From contig NC_043006.1 in the NCBI RefSeq assembly GCF_006345805.1, positions 5,146,001 through 5,210,000 on the forward strand: a DNA stretch of 64,000 nucleotides, in the 5' to 3' direction. Both the position numbers and the translations under genes were made by a program. This document shows, in pieces, positions 12,495-26,157 of this stretch. Each line of letters starts with the position of its first letter. The stretch's first letter is position 1. This stretch comes from Octopus sinensis. Lineage: Eukaryota. The notes below the pieces were generated by a model that had not been told where the DNA came from, made no database searches, and worked only from the letters and a program-made list of their open reading frames with translations.

Positions 12495-12910
12495 CGGTGA
12501 GCTGGCAGAAACGTTAGCAAGCCGGGCGAAATGCTTAGCAGTATTTCGTCTGCCGCCACATTCTGAGTTCGAATTCCGCCGAGGTCGACTTTGCCTTTCA
12601 TCCTTTCGGGGTCGATAAAAATTAAGTACCAGTTACGCACTGGGGTCGATATAATCGACTTAATCCGTTTGTTTGTCCTTGTTTGTCCCCTCTGTGTTTA
12701 GCCCCTTGTGGGCAGTAAAGAAATAGGTATTTCGTCTGCGTTACGTTCTGAGTTCAAATTCCACCGAGGTCGACTTTGCCTTTCATCCTTTCGGGGTCGA
12801 TAAAAATTAAGTACCAGTTATGCATTGGGGTCGATGTTATCGACTTAATCCCTTTGTCTGTTGTTGTTTGTCTCCTCCATGTTTAGCCCCTTGTGGGCAA
12901 TAAAGAAATA
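12495..12910 (+). mobile_element. OK-like SINE apparent dimer (full unit plus unit restarting at GGTATTTCG)
   Basis: Junction taaagaaata|ggtatttcgtc at 12726. Approximate TSD agatacaaag. Confidence 0.9.
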
Positions 12911-13474
12911 ACTAGATACAAAGAGACACAACATTGCAACGTAAGCATAAGTAAATACTGATACATTTTGTCTAAATTGGAATTTTGCAATAAAAGCGGC
13001 TGAATTATAGCCAGAGGTGAATTTAATTTCTCATCGTTTTGCATAAATCGTTGGGCACTTAAGTAAAGATGCTCACTGGATTGTTCTTAAACGTATGGCA
13101 AAAGCCTTGTTTACTTTTTAGCTATTGTAGTTTTTAAAAGTTGCCGTGATTTTACCATGGTGCAAATGTTTCTATTTCAGCCTCTAATCTGAGATCAAAT
13201 CCCTCAACAAACAACACACACCCGCCGGGAAGCACACATATATGTGCACACCTCTACACACATGCTCATAAACACGTCAACACTACCGTAATATATACGT
13301 CAACACACACACACACACACATGCACACACACACAATACACACACATACAGCACACAAACACACACACATGTTCCTTTATTGATGCGTGTTTGTGTATCT
13401 GTATGTGTTCGTTTGTTAGAGGCTGTTGTGTGCCTATGTGTATGAAACATATTCCTGATAAATAAGATTAATTA

Positions 13475-13735
13475 AATGCGCCCTTTTAAAGCCTAGCCAG
13501 GCTCATGGGCCCGGTTTCCCGGTTTCAATGGCGTATGTGTTCCCCAGCTGGACGGGACGCCAGTCCATCGCAGCGTTACTCATTTTTGCCAGCTGAGTGG
13601 ACTGGAGCAACGTGAAATGAAGTGTTTTGCTCAAGAACACAACGCGTCACCCGGTCCAGGAATCGAAATCACAATCTTACGATCATGGTGTTGACACCCT
13701 AACCACTAAGCCACACGCCTCCACATATTCCTGAT
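13475..13735 (-). mobile_element. OR1-like tRNA SINE, variant with ...aaagggcgcat tail
   Basis: Minus strand has A/B-box-like tagtggttagggtg...gtttcgattcc. Similar copy at 39143-39448. Confidence 0.8.
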
Positions 13736-14619
13736 AAATAAGTGCTTGATTAAACGAATTGCACAAATAACTCTGAGTAGAATCAGAACAGTAGACTCAG
13801 CTAAGAGTTGTACATTTTATTCATTCCTCCTTAAACCTTCTAATGTCTTTATATACCAAAATACAATGTTCAGGTTTTTACACGATTAAGTATAGAGGAA
13901 TTGCACAGAAAGCTGCTAAAAGGAATAATTAATTTCCTTATCTAAAAGAAAAAGCCAAAGAAAGCAAGAAAAATTCTCTATCAAAACCACTCTTTAAATT
14001 ACTTCACTGCCATTCTTCTTCTTGATTTGTTTCACCCGACTACTTCATGATTTGCCCACCCTCACTGCCTACATATCAACAGGAACTACCCTCGGTTGCT
14101 TGTGAGCTTTTACTAGGCCACATAGCAGGGTGACGTTTGCGTTTGCCTTTGAGCTTGTTTTTAGTTTTAACTACTTTCTCTCACTCTTCAATTCCTTTTG
14201 CATCATTGTCTTCTCCTCCCACACTCACTTCATGCTCCTCTTCGTTAACTTTTTTCCTCTGCTCCAACACCCCACCCCCATCTCCCTCTTTTTTTTCTTC
14301 CTTTCTCGCTGATTTACCATTCATTCTTCTCTATTTATAGCCTTCCTCTCAACTTCACACCCATTATATAAACCCTCTTTCATTCATGCTCACTCTTTTC
14401 TAGCTCTAATCTTTTCAGCTCCTTACGCTTAGCATTATTTTCTCACGCTCGGTTCGCCAACCCCTGAATTGTCCTCCCATTATCCACCCTCCGTACCAAC
14501 TTCAGTCTCCTGTCTTTAACCTCCAATGCTACCTTCTACAACCATCGCCTCCTCCTTTCATTCAAATACTACCTGATACTGCTAATTCCCTTCTTTCGAC
14601 TGTTGAAAACATTATACAG

Positions 14620-14790
14620 ATCAAGTTTCACATATGCAGTCATGCCGACCATTAACAACGTCAGCTCCATGTCTTTGAAAGCGGCGCTTGCTTACTCTAA
14701 AGATAACAGAGTCGCTTGAGTTAGTAGCACGATGCAGACGACCGTAGATAAAATGTGAGACAACACCCAGATATTTCCATTCATTGCAAA
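14620..14790 (-). mobile_element. Very old RTE-like RT remnant
   Basis: Minus translation contains WKYLGVV and, after a frameshift, RVSK/ASAAF. Confidence 0.4.
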
Positions 14791-15427
14791 CCCTCGGCTA
14801 CTCAATGTGAAAAGTCACTATAATGAAATCTAGATGAAAGACGCAAGTATATTGAATATAAGCAACTATAGATGTTATTAACTCTGGCTTTATACTATAA
14901 GATAGAATGAAACGAAATAAACATAAGAATTATATTTACTTCTGTTGATTACATTCTTGATTATTCTCTCGAGGGAAATGGAAGGTTATGAAGTGTATGC
15001 CTCTTTCAAACGTTTAGGGTAAGTGAATTAGTTCCAAGAAAACCGAAACCCAGCTCAGTGGTAGCATAAATCTTGTAAAGAGAATTATATTAATTTCTTG
15101 TGAGGAACCACAAAAGCTCTACAAATTAACTGGGGAGATGAGAGGTTGTGAAGTGTATGCCTTAGCTGAGTGCAACAGCAATGTCAATAAAGTGGTGTGG
15201 TTTAAACTAGAAACTGAGCCCATGTCATTCAATCATCTTGGCGAAGACTAACTGTCAAATACAAAAACTGTTGCCTTTTTAAAATTTCTTGAATAAGCGC
15301 TCAAAAGCTCCGTTTGGAAATGTGACACTGCAGAAGCTCCTGACGATCCGAATCTCTCTTATATGGGATCAAGATGTCAACCTTTACTGGAGCCAAGCAT
15401 GAATTTACTTGCGGTGATATAAGCTAG

Positions 15428-15990
15428 CATTCCGTCGGTTACGACGACGAGGATTCCAGCCTACTCGTGAAATTAACGTAGAAGTGGCTGAGCATTCCAC
15501 AGACATGCATAACCCTTACGTGTTTCTCAGGGAGATCGGCCTGACACAGAATTTGATAAGGCCGGCTCCTTGAAATACAGGTACTCTTTACTCTTTTACG
15601 TGTTTCAGTCATTTGACTGCGGCCATGCTGGAGCACCGCCTCTGGTCGAGCAAATCGACCCCAGGACTTAGTCTTTGGAAGCCTAGTACTTATTATATCG
15701 GTCTCTTTTGCCCAACCACTAAGTTACGGGGACGTAAACTCACTACCATCGGTTGTCAAGCGATGTTGCGGGGACAAAGGCACACCCAAACATATACACA
15801 CACATACATATATATATATACATATATACGACGGGCTTCTTTCAGTTTCCGTCTGCCAAATCCACTCACAAGGCTTTGGTCGGCCCGAGGCTATAGTAGA
15901 AGACACTTGCCCATGGTGCCACACAGTGGAAATGAACCCGGGTTGGTAAGCAAGCTACTTACCACACAGCCACTCCTGCGCCTATGTACT
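15428..15990 (-). mobile_element. OR1-like SINE 3' fragment (15428-15585) abutting a full OR2-like SINE (15585-15990)
   Basis: Reverse-complement matches to 44130-44240 and to the OR2-like copies. Confidence 0.85.
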
Positions 15991-16378
15991 GAATATTTTT
16001 GCCAGTTGAACGGACACATAAAATTTTTTGCTCAGGAAAAACAATGCTCCACCGGGAATCGAACCGAATACTCTAAGCCTTCACAGTGCGCTGATATAAA
16101 CTAACTACTAAAATGTCTCAAACTTAACATAATTAGAATTTTGAAAATTTTTTGTGACCTTTAATAACGGGCTTTTGTTCAAATAACCACAATTAATTTC
16201 AAACTGAATAATTGAATTATTTCTAAAGATTCACTTCATTCAATTTCAATAATCTTCAAATTTAACACGAAGACAGAATGTTAGAGTTTCCGGTTTTTAG
16301 AAATATTCTTTTCTTACTAGGCACAGATTTACAGAAGAATTCTACAGTTTGTGTTTTCGACAACAGTATATAGTTGGT

Positions 16379-16676
16379 GGATCTTTACCTTTTGAGAGAA
16401 AAAAACTTATATTTCCGAAGTTATTTCACGTTAAAGTTCTCGTATTTCGGTAAGTTCAACCAACCAATGACGTGTATTCAGCTGAATAAAATTACTGCTG
16501 TTGTTTGTCAACAAGAACTATCGGCGGTGTAGTTTTCGTTTGTCACTGTTATTGCTAAGAGTAATGCTAAGAGTAAAAGATGTTTTATATAACACATTAT
16601 ACCAGTGTCCGAAGTTTGAAAGTGTTTCGTTACAAAAAATTATTTTAAAAATCTGTCGGTCAAAAGGTAAAGATCC
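16379..16676. mobile_element. 298-bp MITE, 14-bp perfect TIR, 8-bp TSD (Merlin-like)
   Basis: GGATCTTTACCTTT (16379-16392) and AAAGGTAAAGATCC (16663-16676), flanked by TAGTTGGT at 16371-16378 and 16677-16684. 5'-GG ends with an 8-bp TSD fit the Merlin superfamily; that assignment is an inference. Confidence 0.85.
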
Positions 16677-16904
16677 TAGTTGGTTGTTATTATTGGACTC
16701 TCTCATCGCTTCGACGAAGGAGGGTTCAGCAGGGAACAGCTGCACTGTGTTCTTAGTTCGATGTTTTGCCATGTAATGTCGTGGGAAATCAGTCTTGTAT
16801 CTCTACCAGACGAAAAGGACCTTAAAGTCAATAGAGAAACCCAATTAGTATTGTAAGCGTTGTAATGCAGCTGTAAAGAGACTGTGGCTCAATTTCGATT
16901 TGCG

Positions 16905-17062
16905 CTTGTGGCTGTGTGGTAAGTAGCTTGCTTACCAATCACATGGTGCCGGGTTCAGTCCCACTGCGTGGCAACTTGGGCAAGTGTCTTCTACTATAGC
17001 CTCGGGTCAACCAAAGCCTTTCCAGTGGATTTGGTCGACGGAAACTGAAAGAAGCCGTCGTA

Positions 17063-17144
<82 letters not shown>

Positions 17145-17826
17145 TTGTGCGTCTGTGTTTGTCCCTCCCAACATCACTTGACAACCGATGGTAGTGTGTT
17201 TACGTCCCCGTAACTTAGCGCTTCGGCAAAAGGGAACGATAGAATAAGTACTAGGCTTACAAAGAATAAGTCCTGGGGTCGATTTTCTCGACTAAAGGCG
17301 GTGCTCCAGCATGGCCGCAGTCAAATGACTGAAAGAAGTAAAATAGTAAAAGACTAAAGCTTTGTAACTTGATACCCGTCGCTAAGTTTCACAATGATTT
17401 CACAACTATGTGAACAACTAATAAGTTAGAAACATTTGAGTAACTTTAATATTTGTGAAGGTATAATCGATATATATATATATATGTAGCTTGCTAATCA
17501 ACCACATGGTTCCAGGTTCAGTCCCACTGCGTGGCATCTTGGGCAAGTGTCTTCTGCTATAGCCTCGGGCCGACCAATGCCTTGTGAGTGGATTTGGTAG
17601 ACGGAAACTGAAAGAAGCCCGTCGTATATATGTATATATATATGTGTGTGCATGTGTTTGTGCCTGTGTTTGTCCCCCTAGCATTGCTTGACAACCGATG
17701 CTGGTGTGTTTACGTCCCCGTCACTTAGCGGTTCGGCAAAAGAGACCGATAGAATAAGTACTGGCGGTGCTCCAGCATGGCCGCAGTCAAATGACTGAAA
17801 CAAGTAAAAGAGTAAAAGAGTAAGAG
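16905..17826 (+). mobile_element. Two OR2-like SINEs (16905-17355 and 17487-17826)
   Basis: Head/CORE/linker/tail match. The second copy has a deletion in the tail. Confidence 0.9.
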
Positions 17827-18293
17827 TATATATATTTGTTTTCTTCTTTATTTTTATTTCTCGTATTGTATTTTCTTGTACATGTATTTTTATCTTGTAT
17901 TTTATTTTGTAGTTTTATTTTATCGTTTTTACGTCGTGTTTGTGTTACATTTTTTTCTTGCTTGTGTTTACCCCTCTACGAGGTAATTTTATTTTAATTC
18001 TCTCGCAGGGAGGATTAGTTTGGTGAGTCGTGTCCTGTCTTGCCTTCGAAACACGCAGGAGCCGAACTAGTGACAGCTGATGATAGGGGATTTTTCCTTG
18101 TGTAGTATGTCCTGTACTCTGTTTTTCTGTTGTAAAAAAAATTGGTTTTTCCCTTTTTCGTTTCTCGTTGAGTTCTACGTCTAGTTGTGGTGTCCTGTAC
18201 TCACGTATATATATTTATATATGCATGTATATATACATGTAGATGTAGGTACGTACATATATGTTTGTATGTATGCATATATTTTATTTATTA

Positions 18294-18324
<31 letters not shown>

Positions 18325-18327
<3 letters not shown>

Positions 18328-21300
18328 TAAATGTATATGTGTGTATAGACACACGCAAAAATACCTACATACATACGAAATTGCGAAGATCATCTGGTAC
18401 TTGACTGAAGAAAGAAAACTTCGAATGACTCGTCTTTGTTTTCTTTGTATTGTCTATCTGGATGTTTTGTTGTCCCATTTTTGTATCACCTGACCGTCCG
18501 GATGTTTTGCGTTCTTGTCCCATTTTGTATTTTTATACATACAAACATACATACATACATACATACTTGTTGGCTGTCTCTTAAGATGAAAACAGTGTAA
18601 TTGTCATTGATTTTCTGGAACATGGTTGTACCGTGAACAATGAACGGTACATTGAGGTAAAAAAAACTAGAGAAGCTATTAGAAGGAAGAGATCGAACAA
18701 GAATTTGAAAACATTCCACATTCACTATTTCTTGCCTTGCCAGATCAGTGAGATAGGCACTATAGAGCTGAGGCGTATTACCATAGCTGTAGAAACAAAG
18801 TGTATGTATGCGCTTCATGTGGCCTACTCAGTCGATGTAAAGTTTTTCACGTACCTTGTGCGCTAGCTTCATCGTATTTGCAAATAAAAGTAGGCCTACT
18901 GTTATCACGTGGCTAGATGGCAAAAGAAAATTACAAAATAACCAATTCGTTAAGAACGCGTGTCATTTATATAACTGTATCTGTGTTATAATAAGGTCCT
19001 TAGTTGAAGACGACAATAATGGAAAATAGTTTACTGATGTGGCAACTCTATAATGAATGTAGAGTCAAATTTACTGAGATGATTAAGTTGACAGGCTTTT
19101 GGTTCACCTTTCGGTTTTTTTCAACTAATGGATGAACCAGCCGTCAGGCGAAACTTGAAGTCTCAGTTAACTTGATCTTTAAAATATATTATCTCCGTCT
19201 ATCTAACTTGGAATAGACATTTAAATGAATTATGATATGATCTGCAAAACCAGTTTATTATCATTTGATAGGTATTGGCCTAAGCAATGTTAGTTTATTA
19301 TGAGAAATATATTCCTAAGTCAGATGATAAATCCTTGAGTTCTACGAAGAAAAGTGTTTTTACACGCGTTTCAAGTGGATTTTTAGAGACGTTTGAGTGC
19401 TTTTTTTCTTATTTCTGAAAGGAATTAGAAAAACCACTCAAACATTCGGGGAGGAACGTTCAAGTTGTATGTGATAAGAAACAACTTCTTCCTCTTTCTG
19501 CTGCCCCATATTTCCACTTCGTCATTGATGCGGTGCTTTTACTACCAAATACCTTCCCCCCACTACCATGTTTATTCTTCTTTTCGTAATTATATCTGCT
19601 CCAAGAGAAAGAGAATCTGATTGCTTCTCATTATATGCTTGTCTTTGCAGTTAGTATAACTCTAGCTGTTGAGATTTCTGGGTCAAGCACGTGCTTCTAC
19701 AGTCGCTAGCCACTTATTACCACCCGTCTCATTTCATCTATTAATCTTCTTTACCCCAGCTCCTAATACGACCTTCGCTTATGATCAACTCTTTGCTGTG
19801 CACCCGTTTTCTTTCTAACATTCCCCTTCTCTTCAATCTCCGCACCCCAAACACCTAACTCGACTTATAATTGTTCCTATGACCCCGGCCGAGCATATTC
19901 CTCTCTTTTCAACGGAAGGATTAAAAGTATTATTTCAGTATCGCGTTATACCCAGAACCAATCCTTAGTATTTGAGCTGCTCTACAAAAATCGATTATTG
20001 GGCATCGAACAATTTATTTGATAAGCAAATAAGAAATTGCAATAAAAGGTTCGTATATATCTCAGGAAATACATCTTTAGTTAAGCAGACTGTAATCTCA
20101 GTGTTACATATTCAACACATACATGCTTGTGCACACGCGAGCGCACACACGCACACAAGCACAAACACGTGCGGGCGCGCGAACATAATCACACATACTC
20201 CACACACACACACGCGTGCGTGAACACATATTTAAATGATGTGTGAGTAAGAAGCTTGCTTACACCCTGTAGTTTCGGGTTCAGTCCACTGCGTAGCAAT
20301 TTTAGGTGTGTTCTCTACTGTAGCTCCGGACCGACCAATGACTTCAGTGAATTTGGTAGTTTGGTAGAAGGAAACTGTGTGGAAGCCCGTGTATATATAT
20401 ACATATATATATATATAATATATATATATATCATAAATGTATATGTGTGTTATAGACACACGCAAAAATACCTACATACATACGAAATTGCGAAGATCAT
20501 CTGGTACTTGACTGAAGAAAGAAAACTTCGAATGACTCGTCTTTGTTTTCTTTGTATTGTCTATCTGGATGTTTTGTTGTCCCATTTTTGTATCACCTGA
20601 CCGTCCGGATGTTTTGCGTTCTGTCCCATTTTGTATTTTTATACATACAAACATACATACATACATACATACTTGTTGGCTGTCTCTTAAGATGAAAACA
20701 GTGTAATGTCATTGATTTTCTGGAACATGGTTGTACCGTGAACAATGAACGGTACATTGAGGTAAAAAAAACTAGAGAAGCTATTAGAAGGAAGAGATCG
20801 AACAAGAATTTGAAAACATTCCACATTCACTATTTCTTGCCTTGCCAGATCAGTGAGATAGCACTATAGAGCTGAGGCGTATTACCATAGCTGTAGAAAC
20901 AAAGTGTATGTATGCGCTTCATGTGGCCTACTCAGTCGATGTAAAGTTTTTCACGTACCTTGTGCGCTAGCTTCATCGTATTTGCAAATAAAAGTAGGCC
21001 TACTGTTATCACGTGGCTAGATGGCAAAAGAAAATTACAAAATAACCAATTCGTTAAGAACGCGTGTCATTTATATAACTGTATCTGTGTTATAATAAGG
21101 TCCTTAGTTGAAGACGACAATAATGGAAAATAGTTTACTGATGTGGCAACTCTATAATGAATGTAGAGTCAAATTTACTGAGATGATTAAGTTGACAGGC
21201 TTTTGGTTCACCTTTCGGTTTTTTTCAACTAATGGATGAACCAGCCGTCAGGCGAAACTTGAAGTCTCAGTTAACTTGATCTTTAAAATATATTATCTCC

Positions 21301-22505
21301 GTCTATCTAACTTGGAATAGACATTTAAATGAATTATGATATGATCTGCAAAACCAGTTTATTATCATTTGATAGGTATTGGCCTAAGCAATGTTAGTTT
21401 ATTATGAGAAATATATTCCTAAGTCAGATGATAAATCCTTGAGTTCTACGAAGAAAAGTGTTTTTACACGCGTTTCAAGTGGATTTTTAGAGACGTTTGA
21501 GTGCTTTTTTTCTTATTTCTGAAAGGAATTAGAAAAACCACTCAAACATTCGGGGAGGAACGTTCAAGTTGTATGTGATAAGAAACAACTTCTTCCTCTT
21601 TCTGCTGCCCCATATTTCACTTCGTCATTGATGCGGTGCTTTTACTACCAAATACCTTCCCCCCACTACCATGTTTATTCTTCTTTTCGTAATTATATCT
21701 GCTCCAAGAGAAAGAGAATCTGATTGCTTCTCATTATATGCTTGTCTTTGCAGTTAGTATAACTCTAGCTGTTGAGATTTCTGGGTCAAGCACGTGCTTC
21801 TACAGTCGCTAGCCACTTATTACCACCCGTCTCATTTCATCTATTAATCTTCTTTACCCCAGCTCCTAATACGACCTTCGCTTATGATCAACTCTTTGCT
21901 GTGCACCCGTTTTCTTTCTAACATTCCCCTTCTCTTCAATCTCCGCACCCCAAACACCTAACTCGACTTATAATTGTTCCTATGACCCCGGCCGAGCATA
22001 TTTCCTCTCTTTTCAAACGGAAGGATTAAAAGTATTATTTCAGTATCGCGTTATACCCAGAACCAATCCTTAGTATTTGAGCTGCTCTACAAAAATCGAT
22101 TATTGGGCATCGAACAATTTATTTGATAAGCAAATAAGAAATTGCAATAAAAGGTTCGTATATATCTCAGGAAATACATCTTTAGTTAAGCAGACTGTAA
22201 TCTCAGTGTTACATATTCAACACATACATGCTTGTGCACACGCGAGCGCACACACGCACACAAGCACAAACACGTGCGGGCGCGCGAACATAATCACACA
22301 TACTCACACACACACACACGCGTGCGTGAACACATATTTAAATGAATGTGTGAGTAAGAAGCTTGCTTTACACCCTGTAGTTTCGGGTTCAGTCCCACTG
22401 CGTAGCAATTTTAGGTGTGTTCTCTACTGTAGCTCCGGACCGACCAATGACTTCAGTGAATTTGGTAGTTTGGTAGAAGGAAACTGTGTGGAAGCCCGTG
22501 TATAT
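18325..22505 (+). repeat. Tandem duplication of a ~2.1-kb unit (18325-~20400, 20431-~22505)
   Basis: Offset 2105-2109 throughout. The differences I found are single-base indels, and the junction lies in (TA)n. Confidence 0.97.
18575..18745 (+). mobile_element. Mariner transposase remnant (duplicated at ~20680-20850)
   Basis: DENSVIVIDFLEHGCTVNNERYIEVKKTREAIRRKRS matches mariner WDxxGVILIDFLxxGxTVNxxxY..LRxAIRRKR. Confidence 0.7.
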
Positions 22506-22809
22506 ATATACATATATATATATATATATTTGGGATGTCTTTGCAGCTTTATTAATAAATCATATATATATATACACACATATATATATATGTCTGTGTG
22601 TGTGTGTGTGTGTATGTGCGTGCGCGCGAGTGTGTGTGTTTGTGTCTGTGATTTGTTTCTCCTCATCGCTTGACATCCATTATTGGTTTGTTCCTGTAAC
22701 TTAGCCGAACCGCTAAGTTGCAGGGATGTAAACACACCAATACTTAACACTGGTTGTCAAGCAGTGGTGAGACACAATCGCAGAAAAGACACGCGTGCGC
22801 ATGCAGACA

Positions 22810-22848
<39 letters not shown>

Positions 22849-23276
22849 TATATTTATAATCTTTATGTGTATTCCATATAGAGCCTAAACAGCATATATC
22901 GAATCTGCCTAGACAGAATAATAACATTTGTATATATATATATATAATATATATATATATATGTCATGGAAGTAATCGTGTACCTTTAACTTCCGACTCA
23001 TTGACAATCATCAAAGTTGCTCTAAAGGCAAGTTTCACAACCATTCGCGATCTCTTTAAGTAATTTCACATTCACAACTTAGCAAAAACTGTGACAGTCG
23101 CCTTTTCCCAGAGGTTCTGAAAATGTTTCAGCTCTGAACTGTTGGTGTCTCTTTAAAGACCCTAAGTGAGAAAATAACGGAATATAATATTCTCAAATCA
23201 GTGTCAGAGTTGCTGATACATAGATGAACATGTCAAAACCCATCAAAAGAAAAAAAACCCAACTGATGGAGTTATT

Positions 23277-23335
<59 letters not shown>

Positions 23336-23338
<3 letters not shown>

Positions 23339-23792
23339 AGAATTTACGAAAAAAACAAAAGACGGAGACAGGTGGTGTACAAAACAAACAGATGTATTAG
23401 TATAACGCTCAGGATAGAAAAAGTCTTTTACATTTCGAGACTACGCTCTTCTACATATATATATATCGTGATATCCTGTTATTGTTATTAATATTATTAT
23501 CATTGTTTTTACGTATTATTATTATTGTTTTTACGTATTTTTGTATTCGTATTCGTGTAACATGGTCCGTTTTTCTGTCCTTGTTTTGTATACATTCGAA
23601 GCTTTCTTCCAAGGAATCTAATGCGCTTAGCTTAGTTTTTCCTTGGGGCTGGCCAGATTGGAGCAATCTCAAGATTAATCAGCCGAAATTGCGAGGATGA
23701 TCCGGTTCTTGACTGAAGATTGAAGGCTTCGAATGTCCTGCCCGTGTTTTTTGTGTCGTCATCAAAATGTTTTGCGTTCTTGTCCCAGTTTG

Positions 23793-23800
<8 letters not shown>
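23336..23800. mobile_element. Inverted copy of the 765-890 repeat plus a second repeat related to 18360-18535
   Basis: Shared core gaaattgcga.gat.atc.gg..cttgactgaaga...cttcgaatg...gatgttttgcgttcttgtccca. Confidence 0.6.
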
Positions 23801-23850
<50 letters not shown>

Positions 23851-24526
23851 CGCATACATATATGCATTCATACACGTAACTACGTATATGTGTTTATGTG
23901 TGTCTGTTTGTGAGTCATGATTTTTGTAATAGACTCCTTTTCAAAGCTCCCTCGCATTAAATCTCACCAATTGAAAACAGTAAATTAAATTAAACAAACC
24001 TCACCAATGTATGTCATTTGAATTACCCTTATTTTTAGATTACGTTCGTTATTTTAAAGTTGTTGCTTTTTTATAATTTTTTCCCTTTTCTCTATTTTTC
24101 CTCCGTTATTATTATTTTTTGCATCATTAATTTTAGTATTTTTTTTTTATATATATATCTTAACGAAAATTTTAAATAACGATACAAGAACCATTGTGAG
24201 AAAATAATTTCAATTGAAGTATCTACTTTTGCCAACTAACCTCCTAAATTCAAAACTTATTATTTAGTATTGTTGTGTCGTTCATCATTTAACCTACTTT
24301 TATTTACTGTAGACAAGTTTTTTAAGACTCCATTTCAAAATGATCCCAGTTTCTGAAACAATGAAGTTTCGTTCTTTTGCGGAAATATTTCAATTTATGA
24401 CCAACATGTGAAATATGTCACCTAAATTCCATTTGACTCTCGATACTATGTACTTTACATAAAATGGGAGAGATTGTGATGGGATTATTTTACAAAACAG
24501 TAAGCCACCGTTCTTCATCTCGCCAG

Positions 24527-24585
24527 GTCAGCACTGTACTCTTAAAGAATCCCTGTTTGTGAAATGTTCTGTTCGTGTTTTGCTG
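24527..24585 (+). other. Isolated candidate 59-nt exon (coding or non-coding) on the plus strand
   Basis: ttcttcatctcgccag|GTCAGC...TTGCTG|gtaagt. One open frame (QHCTLKESLFVKCSVRVLL). No partner exon identified. Confidence 0.25.
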
Positions 24586-25749
24586 GTAAGTAAGCTGAAA
24601 TTACGTGGACACGAGTAAGCAAATGAAAGTACTTCTATAGCATGATATTAAGTGAAAGATAAGATATTCCTTTTCTGATGGACTTTAAGAAATGTATAAT
24701 TACTGTTTGGCTATTGGCTCAATGAAATGAAGAAAGATGCATCTGCACCAAATTAAAATCTATAGAGTATAGCAGTTTCATAATATTTCTGTAGCAACTG
24801 AGGCAGACAGAATGTAGGAGATATAATTCAGGGTTATCATTGGGCATGGTGAAAGAAAAGAAAGGGGATGGTCATGGATGGAACGTCTTTCATTCAGCTG
24901 ATAAGTCTGCTTGTCCAGGGCTAATATGGGGCTAAACATAAAAAACTACGAAGTTCTGGCAACTCCCGTGTGTTAGAATTGTATGTAACACCTGTCCACA
25001 GTCTTCTGGCTCCATACAGCTTATTCTATGTTCTGGAGGTTACAAGTCCTTTCCTTATACTGTACTGTGTTATCCTTTTACCTACTCCACAAAAAGATAC
25101 TTTTATACAGTATATCAATTTTTTAATAGTCTTTATTCAATCTTTTATTGTAACACCAAAGAGGTGCAGTGCATCCAACTATTATTAATTTTCAAAGACG
25201 TAATGATGCAGCAATCCCACGCATATCCCATAATTAACACGGTGTGTACCATGTCTTTCATCTTACTCGAAGAAAGTCGACGAAAGGCGATGCACAAGAG
25301 ACATTCTAAGTACAATCCAAAACAAGTGTTAATCAGTATGATTGAGTTCTTGTTACTAATTGCTGGTTCTGAGAAGAAGCCATGTGCTATGACAGAGAGG
25401 AGAGGTCACCGAGGAGAAACAGCATACCCGTTGACCAAAGACTGGAACGTGTTTATGAATGGTTATATACCAATAATTGGGTGGTTCTTTTCTAGATGTG
25501 GTCTAGGATTCCTGGGTGTGCAGCAGCAGTATCGTCTTAAGTCAAAGAATAATACTCAATTAAGCTTTGTAGAGAATTAACAATTGTTGGAAGCTGACAT
25601 ATCTTCTGGCTCTAAAGGGAAAGACCAGTCGCTGGGATGTAATCCTAGCAATGTCAGCCCTTTTGCAGTCAGATTACTTTGTCAAATGTAATGCTTATGC
25701 TTTAATTAATCCTGTATTAAGTCTTAGCTTTGAGACTTTGTTCTTTTCT

Positions 25750-25938
25750 GTTATTCTTTTACTTGTTTCAGCCATTTGATTGCGGCCATGCTGGAGCACC
25801 GACTTTAGTCGGAACAAATCGCACCCAAGACTTATTCTTTGTAAGCCTAGTACTTATTCTGTTGGTTTCTTGAGCCCAACCGTTAAGTCATGCGGACGTA
25901 AACACACCAGCATCGGTTGTCAAGCGATAGTGGGGGAG

Positions 25939-26011
<73 letters not shown>

Positions 26012-26157
26012 GACCGGCTTCTGTCAGTTTCCGTCTACCAAATCCACTCACAAGGATGATTTGGTCGGACCGAGGCTTTAGTAGAAGACAGTCGCCTGGG
26101 ACTGAATCCGGAACCATATGGTCGGGAACCAAGCTTCTTACCACACAGACACTCCTG
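25750..26157 (-). mobile_element. OR2-like SINE with (CA)n linker
   Basis: Reverse-complement match to the family. Confidence 0.88.

Noticed and set aside
16518-16772. 84-aa minus-strand ORF starting MAKHRTKN
   Set aside because: It runs across the right TIR and TSD of the 298-bp MITE, so it is most likely a chance frame.
25164-25580. 138-aa plus-strand ORF
   Set aside because: No recognisable motif and no clear splice or promoter context; probably chance or decayed retroelement sequence.
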